IMG/VR virus record: IMGVR_UViG_3300010396_000006
Coordinates: 1-64,000 of that record
Source of the DNA: a virus
Strand: one strand, 5' to 3'
DNA: 64,000 bases
Numbering within the stretch: the first letter of the stretch is position 1; every line of letters begins with the position of its first letter. The notes under the pieces were generated by a model. The model ran no database searches. It was not told the origin of the DNA and saw only the letters and a program-made list of their open reading frames with translations. Position numbers and translations under genes: made by a program. Below, piece after piece: positions 55,977-64,000 of the stretch.

Positions 55977-58900
55977 ATGTCACAAATCATGAGCCGACGC
56001 CGCAACCGCAACCGTCGCGTTGAGAACTATCGCAAGAATTCGGATCGGGTTGTTGAGCATCCAAATGTTCCGGCCCCCGAACTGAACGACTCCCAAATCA
56101 AGTCGATGGCGTCTCAGATGCGGGCGGCTCTGGCCGGAAGCTTCGGCGGCGCTCAAGTCACGAATCACCGCGAAGAAGCTCTCCACTATGAGGGCAATAG
56201 CTACGTCAATATCGCGGCCATCTGCGCCCAAATGATGATGGTGACGATAACAGCCTATGTCGACGGATCGAACCAGCTTCGACAGCAGTCGGTCCGGAAG
56301 TCGCTGCGAGGTCTCGTCGGAAGCCGATGGAAGTCTCAATATGGGGTTGATGAGGCATCGTCGAAGCAACTCGAATCAGACCATTACCTGATGCGATTGC
56401 TGTCGAAGCCAAATCCGCACGAACCGGGCAGCATGTTCCGGTATCGGCAAACTCTTCAACTCAGGCTCACTGGAGGTGCGTTCCTGTGGAACGTCCCAAA
56501 TATCAACGGCCGGACGTGCGAACGGTACGTCATCCCCACCACATGCCTGACGCCGGTCTATCCAGACAACACGTTGCCGTACGGTGGTTATCGCGTTCAA
56601 CCAAACTGTATGCGATGGATTCCACTGGTTGACGATGGATTCGTGATCGGGACCCCGGCCCTGATGCGAGTGTTGGGCATGATCATTGATGCCCGAGAAA
56701 TCCAAAAGGTTGGCTATCCACATCCGATCTGGCTGGATGACTTCCAAAGCCCGATGTCTGCTGGCGCTCAGTGGGTCGATGCCGAACGATCGATCAACAT
56801 CGCACGGGCAATGGGCATCAGCCGCGGCATGAATCCGAGCGGTTTCCTTGAACTATCCAAAGAATACATGGGCATCGAACAAGATGCGCTGAACATCACT
56901 CAGCGGAAACTCGATCGACAATATGGCGGCGTCAACAACACGGGCAAGGTCATTGCCGTGGCTCCCGATACCAAGTTCACCGGATACGATCGAAGCCCGA
57001 AAGACATGGAATACCATGAAGGGTACTTGGATCACCGGGAAGCGAATCAGTCTCTACACGGCGTTCATCCGATCATCACTGGCGGACAGCCCCCCGGCGC
57101 ATACGCGGCCTACTACGCCGCCATGCGAGCATTCGACAACAACACGTTGACTCCCATTTGTGACATGCTGGCGGAATCAGACACGTTCCACATTGCACCG
57201 CAATTCGGCGAAGGGATCACGATCGAGATCGAGCCAAAGCCGATCAACGATGAGGACGAACTGAATTCACGTCTCCAGGTCGATGGTCAATTGGGGATCA
57301 TCAAGGTCAATGAAGCGCGAGCATTGCGAGGAATGCCGCCATTGGACGGAGCGCAAGGAGAAAAGCTGTGCGGACCGACTTCAAAGGATAAGGTTGGTCA
57401 GGATCAAGACAGCGACAATCCATCCAAGCCGAAGAAACCAAAGCAGTCTGGCGATGCGCCGTCAACTCCCGAGGTCCAAGAAGCCGAACAAGCGGACGTC
57501 CCCAAGGCTCCCGAAAATCCCATCGTCGGCAAGAGTGAATCAAAATCACTTCAAGCCGCAATGGAAGGGATGAAGGAGGCGGACGAAGACTACATTCAAG
57601 AAATAGTTGCCAAGGCGTTGGATTCGCGACTGAAGGCGATGCAACCTGCCGAGAAGCCAAAGCGGAAGTATTCCTCGACGCAGTTTGATCTGCCTGCCGG
57701 TCTCGCCGAAAAAGTGCAGGAGATGGCAGCCCTGATCAATCCGGCCGATCTCGCATCGGATGGAATCGAAGAAAATCCGCACGTGACTTGCTTGTACGGG
57801 CTGACCGAAGAATCACCCAATGATGTCAAGAAAGCCGTCAAGGGAATCTCGGCCGGTCCGATCGTTCTTGAATCGCTGTCGTTGTTCCCGGCTGGTGACA
57901 AGCTTGCTCAGCATGGCGGCGAACAGTTCGACGTTTTGAAGATCAGCATCGGCGGAAAGTTCATTCACGAGATTCACAATGCGATCGCAGAATCGTGCGA
58001 GTATGAAACCGATTATGCCGACTATTCTCCTCACTGTACGATCGCCTACTTGAAGCCGGGAAAAGGCCGCAAGTATGTGACGATGAACAATCCAGTGGAT
58101 GGGATGACGTTCATTCCTGACAAGCTGATCTTCAGTAGCAAAAACCGAACGGTCTCGGCAATTCGATTGAGCGTTCTGAAATCAGTCGAAGAACAACCAT
58201 CAGAAGCTCAGATTACTGCCGGCAATTACAAAAAAGATCACATCACAATTCAGGGGCTAAGGATCTCAATCGAAAATCCGAAAGGATCTGTTCGAAGTGG
58301 TCGTGACGATGATGGCAATGAGTGGTCAACGAAAATGCGGAATGATTACGGCTACATCAAAGGAACGAAATCAGATTCCGATGGTGATCACATTGATGTC
58401 TTCGTTGGGCCAAATCCAAGTTCAGAATTGGTGTTCGTAATTGATCAGGTCAATCCGCAAAGCGGGCAACATGACGAACACAAATGCATGTTGGGATTCG
58501 ATTCGAAAGATCAAGCGAAGTCTGCCTATCTCGAAAACTATTCCAAGGGTTGGAAAGGCTTCGGCGGCATTACTCCAATGCACATGGATCAATTCAAGGA
58601 ATGGCTAGACAGCGGAGATTCATCAAAAGGAATCGCGAGAAAATCTCTCACGGCAGCATTCTCCGAATCAGAAATGAAGGGCCACAATCCAATCAGCGAC
58701 ATCCAAGCCATTGGAAAGAGACTCGCTGAATCCGATTGTGGAATGCCCGGATACGGTCAGATCTTTATCAAGGAAAACGGATCTGGCCAAGCATGGTATG
58801 TCGGTGGCGACGGAGATGAACGAGGATTCGATAAGACTGTCATTCAAGAACTGAAGAAAGTCACGGGGATTGACGAAGTTCGTTATGAGTCTGAATCGTT

Positions 58901-61900
58901 CCCGCCCGATGGGGAAGGATGGATTCAGGTCTATCCGAAAGTGTCGAAGCGTAAATCTCTCGGCATGTCCGAAGGGATCGGGTCAGATGGAGGATTCGCC
59001 GTCGCTTCCGAAGACGAACGATGCCCAAAATGTCCCAAATGCGGATCACGGGAAACGCATCATGCTAGAACTGATGGCACAGGGAACGCGATCTGTAGCA
59101 ATTGCAAATCAATTTTCACTGATCCTGATTATGGAAAACAGAAATCAGTTTCGTTTCCATCGTCAGAAGTCGTACCGGGCAACAACGGCCATCAATTCCC
59201 CAAGAACACATTGATTCTTGGTGGGGATCAAGTTCTGATGCCACCAGAGTCAGAACTCAAATCCAAATGGATCACGATTCATCCTGGGGGAGACAAAGAC
59301 GCAACTGGCATTCACATCCTGATTGACGAAGACGGCGAAATCAAAGGCGGTCCGGCCGAACTGCGAGACAAAGGCATCCGCAAGATGTCTGACTTCGGGA
59401 AAGAAGACCTGAAGCCAGTCAAACCAAAAGACAATCACGAGAAGGCCGCATTCAACGCCAGCAAGCGAGCCGATCAAGCATCCGCCGATGCTAAAGAGTC
59501 GGGCGACCTGTTCGACCATATTGCGGCTAAAGAAGCCCACATGCACGCCGCAGCCCATCACAGCAAAGGCGGCAATGAAGATCAGGCGTCATATCACAGA
59601 AAGGCGGCTCAACAGCACGGTTCAGCCGCGACACCAACGGCTCCAGCGTCAAACGGACAACTGAGCGACGAAAAGATCATCCAGGCAATGAAGCCATCCG
59701 TTGATCGCAGCGGCATGGTTGAGGCCGAAGAACTGCGATCGATGCCAGAATTCGCTGGGATGTCGAAAGAGAAATTCGACCAACGAATGATGGACATGGC
59801 CAAAGTTGATCAGCCGGGCGGACCGAAGGTCTCGTTGCACCGATACGACCGAGCCGAATCGCTGTCAGCGGACGATAAAAAAAAGATGATCTTCGATCCG
59901 GATGCGCCGGCACGATTCGAAGATGGACAAAAGGGAGCGTATTACAATGCGGTCTCCATCCGCAAATCGTTGTCAGAAATGAAATCGCATTGGATTACGA
60001 TCCATCCTCATGGCGATGAGCATGATGGAACGCACGTTTTGATCGATGGAGAAGGGAATATCGAAGGCGGTCCCGAAGGACTGGCGAAACGTGGGATTCA
60101 CAAGCTGTCCGACTTTGGGAAAGGCGGCGAATCAGCAGACAAACCACACGAAACCCGTGAAGAGTGGGCGAAGAGACATTCCGATGCCGCCGATCATTGG
60201 TTACATGGAGTGAACAATGATCTGGCAGCCGTGCATCAAGAACACGGCGACTTGATCACAAAAAAGCACATGACGGACAGCTTTCGAAATCACGTCAATA
60301 CCGGAAGAATGACCCCAGATCAATATGAGGATCATGTTTCTAAGGGAACCATTCTCGGTGGACACGATTACGAACGCGCTCAGCATGTCGAGCAGAAAAT
60401 CCATGAGATCAAAAATCGTCCGCTAACTGTCCCGGAGCCAGATGGAAAGCATCCATACGTTGAACCGCCCGCCAAGCCGCCGGAAGAAAAGCCAGAAATC
60501 CGACCAGACATCGACGCTCCGATCAGCAAGAAAGACACGCCTCGCGAAACGGCGGCAAAGCAAAAGAAGATTGACGATGATTATGCGTTTGCTCGCAATT
60601 CATCCATCCCGAATGTCGGCGAAGATGTTGCCGATTCGGCTCGTCACAAGCGAAATGCTTGGCGTGGATTGGAAGATGCGGAATCCAATGGAACCGCCGA
60701 ATCAATGGTGACTCGTGATAATCTGCTCAAGGCCGAACCGCACAACTTGATGTCTCATGCCGGAAAACATCCACTGACATCACTGGCCATGCATTACGCG
60801 ATGAGATCGTTCCCAGCGAAACCATCCAGCAATCGCGAAGTGGCCAATGCCAGCGATCGGAAGGACTATCACGAAGCGTATCAGAGCATCAAAGCAAAAG
60901 CCGAGCATCTGGCGGAAACAGAATCCGATCCACGGGCAGCCGCAGAGAAGCTACGAGAACACGTCGGCAATCATCTGAAGGGATTGAGGGAGCGGAAGAT
61001 TCCCGGACCCACAATTCCCGTGGCCGATCGATACAACAAGACCGCGAACAATTTGGTTGGAATGCACAAGGCGTTACGATTCGCCAGCTACGGCCGACCA
61101 TCGGCAAATAGCGTTCATGGCAAGATGGAAGAGTTCTCAAAGGCGATGGCCGGGAAATATGGACTTCCAGAAAAGTATGAACCTGAAGCGGCCAAGCAAT
61201 TCGCCTCCCATATTGAGACTCACGCCAAGGACATTATTGACGGGAAATCGCTTCCACAGTCATTTGGCATTAAGGGAGAAAAGAAAAACGAATTTAATCC
61301 TGCCGATCGATACGTCAAGCATGCTGAACGAGCCGGGGGCAAGGATGTCAGTCACCAAACCGCAACGGGAGTCTCGGCGGCAAACTCCGTCGTAAACGAC
61401 TTCGGGATGCGTGGCGTCCAATGGGGTAACAGCGTCACTGACGACGAACGCCATCATCACGCTGCCAAGGTTGTCGAAGCGTTGACCGATCTGGCCGATA
61501 CTCTCGGCATCAAGCCGGCTGATCTCAGTCTCGGCGGAAAGCTGGCCTTGGCCATTGGCGCTCGCGGTAAGGGAACTGCCTCGGCTCATTACGAACCGCA
61601 TACCCAGGCCATCAACCTGACGCGGGCCAGCGGAGTCGGTACTCTCGCCCATGAGTGGGGACACGCCTTTGATCATTCACTGGAGAATTTCGCGAATCGT
61701 GCGACGAGTGCGGTCTATCACAGCGAAAACTATCGATCCAGTCCGGCAATGCAAAAGCTGACATCCGATTTCCGATCATCGGGATTCACGAATCGAATTC
61801 ATAGTGAGGTTCGTGATATGGTGCGTCAGGGCCTGATGTCGAAAAAGAAAGCGGAATACTGGCTATCAACCAGAGAACAATTCGCCCGTTGCTTCGAGAG

Positions 61901-62684
61901 TTATGTTCAACACAAGCTGGCTGACACGAATCAGAAGAATACGTATCTTGCTGGTCTGATTTCGGACGGCGGCTTGTGGCCGACCAAGGAAGAAACGGCC
62001 AAGATGGCCCCCGCTTTTGACAGTCTGTTCGCTGAATTCCGCAAACAAAAGTATGGAAGCGAAAATCGGATTGATCAGTCTCGATCGGAAATCAAATCGG
62101 CAGTCTTGGATTTGGTTGGTCAATCCGTCTTTAAATCGTCGCGATGGATCACAATCCATCCGCACGGTGAAGACGCGAAAGGCGTCCATATCCAGATCAA
62201 TGACGACGGCGAGATCCTGTCAGGTCCCGCACATCTTCGCGACAAGGGAATTACCCACATGGGGGATTTCGCGAAGCGGGGAAGCAATCAAGCGGCCGTG
62301 GACGAACTGAAGCCTCACGCTCTCGAATTCCTGACCGAGCAACACAAGCTGAGAGAACATCACAAAGCCGAAGCTCGCAAACTGACTGGCAAGAATGCCG
62401 GCAATCTGGCGATGTCGGAAAACAGCTATCACGATCATTCGGATGCTCATCGATTCGAGACCGCCGCTCGCACATTCGCCCGAGAGAATCCCGATGCTGG
62501 ATTGAATCCAGATGCTCACGACACGCCGGCCAAAGTCTGGGAGCTAATCCGGGAGGGCAAGAAGAAAGCCCCGCTGATCAATTCGAAGGAAGTCCACGAG
62601 ACAGCCAGAGCCTGGGTGAAGAATCACCGAACGAAGCGTGCGCCGGTAGGCACATACGAACACGATTCCGATTGGAACTTCTGA
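55977..62684 (+). CDS. portal-fused polyvalent protein (HK97-like portal + 2H phosphoesterase + PPase-like + Zn ribbon + LPD/zincin)
   Basis: Portal: LLSKPNP, LRLTGGAF, SPKDMEY, VNEARALRGMPPL; 2H: PHVT/PHCT; PPase-like: PSEAQITAGNYKK, IENPKGSVRSG, YGYIKGT, DGDHIDVF, DEHKCMLGF; zincin: RGVQWGN, LAHEWGHAFD, EQFARCFESYV. Confidence 0.88.
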   Translation: MSQIMSRRRNRNRRVENYRKNSDRVVEHPNVPAPELNDSQIKSMASQMRAALAGSFGGAQVTNHREEALHYEGNSYVNIAAICAQMMMVTITAYVDGSNQLRQQSVRKSLRGLVGSRWKSQYGVDEASSKQLESDHYLMRLLSKPNPHEPGSMFRYRQTLQLRLTGGAFLWNVPNINGRTCERYVIPTTCLTPVYPDNTLPYGGYRVQPNCMRWIPLVDDGFVIGTPALMRVLGMIIDAREIQKVGYPHPIWLDDFQSPMSAGAQWVDAERSINIARAMGISRGMNPSGFLELSKEYMGIEQDALNITQRKLDRQYGGVNNTGKVIAVAPDTKFTGYDRSPKDMEYHEGYLDHREANQSLHGVHPIITGGQPPGAYAAYYAAMRAFDNNTLTPICDMLAESDTFHIAPQFGEGITIEIEPKPINDEDELNSRLQVDGQLGIIKVNEARALRGMPPLDGAQGEKLCGPTSKDKVGQDQDSDNPSKPKKPKQSGDAPSTPEVQEAEQADVPKAPENPIVGKSESKSLQAAMEGMKEADEDYIQEIVAKALDSRLKAMQPAEKPKRKYSSTQFDLPAGLAEKVQEMAALINPADLASDGIEENPHVTCLYGLTEESPNDVKKAVKGISAGPIVLESLSLFPAGDKLAQHGGEQFDVLKISIGGKFIHEIHNAIAESCEYETDYADYSPHCTIAYLKPGKGRKYVTMNNPVDGMTFIPDKLIFSSKNRTVSAIRLSVLKSVEEQPSEAQITAGNYKKDHITIQGLRISIENPKGSVRSGRDDDGNEWSTKMRNDYGYIKGTKSDSDGDHIDVFVGPNPSSELVFVIDQVNPQSGQHDEHKCMLGFDSKDQAKSAYLENYSKGWKGFGGITPMHMDQFKEWLDSGDSSKGIARKSLTAAFSESEMKGHNPISDIQAIGKRLAESDCGMPGYGQIFIKENGSGQAWYVGGDGDERGFDKTVIQELKKVTGIDEVRYESESFPPDGEGWIQVYPKVSKRKSLGMSEGIGSDGGFAVASEDERCPKCPKCGSRETHHARTDGTGNAICSNCKSIFTDPDYGKQKSVSFPSSEVVPGNNGHQFPKNTLILGGDQVLMPPESELKSKWITIHPGGDKDATGIHILIDEDGEIKGGPAELRDKGIRKMSDFGKEDLKPVKPKDNHEKAAFNASKRADQASADAKESGDLFDHIAAKEAHMHAAAHHSKGGNEDQASYHRKAAQQHGSAATPTAPASNGQLSDEKIIQAMKPSVDRSGMVEAEELRSMPEFAGMSKEKFDQRMMDMAKVDQPGGPKVSLHRYDRAESLSADDKKKMIFDPDAPARFEDGQKGAYYNAVSIRKSLSEMKSHWITIHPHGDEHDGTHVLIDGEGNIEGGPEGLAKRGIHKLSDFGKGGESADKPHETREEWAKRHSDAADHWLHGVNNDLAAVHQEHGDLITKKHMTDSFRNHVNTGRMTPDQYEDHVSKGTILGGHDYERAQHVEQKIHEIKNRPLTVPEPDGKHPYVEPPAKPPEEKPEIRPDIDAPISKKDTPRETAAKQKKIDDDYAFARNSSIPNVGEDVADSARHKRNAWRGLEDAESNGTAESMVTRDNLLKAEPHNLMSHAGKHPLTSLAMHYAMRSFPAKPSSNREVANASDRKDYHEAYQSIKAKAEHLAETESDPRAAAEKLREHVGNHLKGLRERKIPGPTIPVADRYNKTANNLVGMHKALRFASYGRPSANSVHGKMEEFSKAMAGKYGLPEKYEPEAAKQFASHIETHAKDIIDGKSLPQSFGIKGEKKNEFNPADRYVKHAERAGGKDVSHQTATGVSAANSVVNDFGMRGVQWGNSVTDDERHHHAAKVVEALTDLADTLGIKPADLSLGGKLALAIGARGKGTASAHYEPHTQAINLTRASGVGTLAHEWGHAFDHSLENFANRATSAVYHSENYRSSPAMQKLTSDFRSSGFTNRIHSEVRDMVRQGLMSKKKAEYWLSTREQFARCFESYVQHKLADTNQKNTYLAGLISDGGLWPTKEETAKMAPAFDSLFAEFRKQKYGSENRIDQSRSEIKSAVLDLVGQSVFKSSRWITIHPHGEDAKGVHIQINDDGEILSGPAHLRDKGITHMGDFAKRGSNQAAVDELKPHALEFLTEQHKLREHHKAEARKLTGKNAGNLAMSENSYHDHSDAHRFETAARTFARENPDAGLNPDAHDTPAKVWELIREGKKKAPLINSKEVHETARAWVKNHRTKRAPVGTYEHDSDWNF

Positions 62685-62708
62685 TTCATCAATAGCCAGA
62701 CAGTTGCG

Positions 62709-62723
62709 GAATCTCTAAGATTT
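62709..62723 (+). promoter_or_regulatory. operator-like palindrome (one mismatch)
   Basis: GAATC-TCTAA-GATTT in intergenic gap after TTGCG. Confidence 0.45.
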
Positions 62724-62791
62724 CTGCGATTGATCTGGTCCCGTTGATGGAGCATGAAGATGATTCAACGCATGCAAGAAAGGTTTTCAAA

Positions 62792-63478
62792 ATGGAGATG
62801 AATCGACGCTCACTACTCGGAATGATCCTTGGTTCGGCTTGCTCGTTATTATTGCCAACTAAGTCGATATCCGCTGGTTTGAAGTCACTGGAAATTCCGG
62901 TCGATGCGAACGGCATCCCAATTCACTGTTATGTCTGGAACGTGCCAAACATCAACGGCCGGACGTGCCAGAGACATATTATTCCTGTCGACGATCTTGC
63001 ATTGATTAAAGCGAATACGGAGTTGCCTTATAGTGGGTATCGTATCAGCCAATCCCCCAATCGATGGGCATCCATGCCGCTTTATGGGGAAAGCCCGGTT
63101 GAAAATCCATCATTGCGAGTCGCTGGATATATCATTGATGACAGGCAAGTAGAACGAATCTCTCCATCGAATCCATTTCGGCTGAAGTTGCTTTACCATC
63201 ATGACGTCGAGGTATGCTTTATTGACGGGTCTGCCGATGACTCGATCGCCTTCTATCTCGCATGGCAAAGATGCCGCCAAACTCCATCGCAAGAATCGGA
63301 GTTGCGAAAACATTTAGCGAATGGCGACGGCATTGCGATTGGCTTTCGCAAATCAAATTTGATGTCTTTTGTGGCAATCAACCAAGCGGTTATGGACTGC
63401 GGTGTCCCATGCTTTGAGACAGACAAAATGACAGAAAGCGAAAATCGATGCACGCGGACGTATGCTCACGTCAGCTAG
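62792..63478 (+). CDS. Tat-like signal peptide fused to a duplicated portal segment
   Basis: MNRRSLLGMILGSACSLLLP; WNVPNINGRTC...LPY.GYR...RV.G.IID.R matches the portal. Confidence 0.8.
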   Translation: MEMNRRSLLGMILGSACSLLLPTKSISAGLKSLEIPVDANGIPIHCYVWNVPNINGRTCQRHIIPVDDLALIKANTELPYSGYRISQSPNRWASMPLYGESPVENPSLRVAGYIIDDRQVERISPSNPFRLKLLYHHDVEVCFIDGSADDSIAFYLAWQRCRQTPSQESELRKHLANGDGIAIGFRKSNLMSFVAINQAVMDCGVPCFETDKMTESENRCTRTYAHVS

Positions 63479-63487
63479 GGAATCGCA

Positions 63488-63574
63488 AAATCTTACTGAT
63501 TTCAGTTGACATCCTTGCCGATATCTGGATAGCATTCTGAACATGTGAGCGGGTTGAACCAGTAACTCCCCGCG
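63488..63574 (+). promoter_or_regulatory. sigma70-like promoter with operator palindrome and CAGTAAC leader hairpin
   Basis: AAATC-TTACT-GATTT 63488-63502; TTGACA 63506-63511, 18 bp, TAGCAT; GCGGG...CAGTAAC(63560-63566)...CCCGC. Confidence 0.75.
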
Positions 63575-63610
63575 AAATTCTCTTGTTCCTGCTATCAGAA
63601 GGTGCGACGT

Positions 63611-63994
63611 ATGGCAACGAAAAATGGTCCCGAGAATATGTCTGAGTACATCCGAGGATTGTTGAAAAGCGATCCAAGTCGAACGATGTCGAATGTGGTC
63701 GAGTGTCTGGCCGAAGACTATCCAGGCTACAAGGCCAACAAAGGAAGCCTGTCGGTCGGCTTTTACACGATGCGAAAGAAGCTCGGTATCACGTCAGGGC
63801 GCAAGGCTCGCGGCAAGTCACAACGGAAGCCGATCAAGGTTCATCGACCAGTATCCATTCGTGGAGGGACGATAACCGGAGTCCGTCTTTCAATCGATCA
63901 TCTGGCGTCTGCCGCAAAGTTCGTCGGTGAAGTCGGCGGGTTCAAAGCCGCGATTGAATCCGTCAAGCAAGTCCAGACGGTTCAGGTTCGCTGA
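63611..63994 (+). CDS. basic putative DNA-binding protein resembling Planctomycetota hypothetical proteins
   Basis: SEYIRGLL...basic linker...IDHLASAAKFVGEVGGFKAA. Confidence 0.65.
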   Translation: MATKNGPENMSEYIRGLLKSDPSRTMSNVVECLAEDYPGYKANKGSLSVGFYTMRKKLGITSGRKARGKSQRKPIKVHRPVSIRGGTITGVRLSIDHLASAAKFVGEVGGFKAAIESVKQVQTVQVR

Positions 63995-64000
63995 TCATTG

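Noticed and set aside
1-64000. Integrase, reverse transcriptase/DGR, major capsid, rRNA
   Set aside because: No supporting motifs in this window; lifestyle and capsid type cannot be determined here

Overview
A 64-kb segment of a large tailed dsDNA phage or prophage (Caudoviricetes). It uses the standard genetic code and is almost entirely coded on the + strand; the host is probably a planctomycete (inferred). Gene order: (1-27.6 kb) early/replication genes, including DUF5131, two SNF2-type helicases, a replication initiator, DnaC-like loader, DnaB, CsrA, ERF, YqaJ exonuclease, RuvC, DnaN, a DNA methyltransferase, ASCH and a HAD-like protein; (27.7-35.2 kb) secreted/membrane proteins, a papain-like protease and an HNH endonuclease, with no recognisable endolysin; (35.2-42.9 kb) a long tail-fibre-like protein and companions; (46.2-48.8 kb) terminase; about 7 kb of accessory genes; GroES; and a 2235-aa portal polyprotein (portal + 2H phosphoesterase + PPase-like + LPD/zincin domains). 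Main observations not explained by the gene list: (i) five sigma70-like promoters are each followed by a hairpin with a CAGUAAC loop, and a long-stemmed RNA at 20.1 kb carries the complementary GUUACUG loop, suggesting a kissing-loop RNA regulon; (ii) an AAATC-N5-GATT(T/A) palindrome occurs at eight promoter-like sites; (iii) a ~305-nt multibranch ncRNA candidate at 7.0-7.3 kb; (iv) degenerate, membrane/export-tagged paralogues of the terminase ATPase and of a portal segment (possible decoys); (v) Lys-Ser motifs at the domain junctions of the portal polyprotein; (vi) a protein ending in AGG, like a ubiquitin-type modifier, coupled to a Cys/His partner; (vii) a tRNA-like RNA with no normal anticodon loop. 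All family assignments and RNA pairings were made by eye; no searches or folding programs were run.
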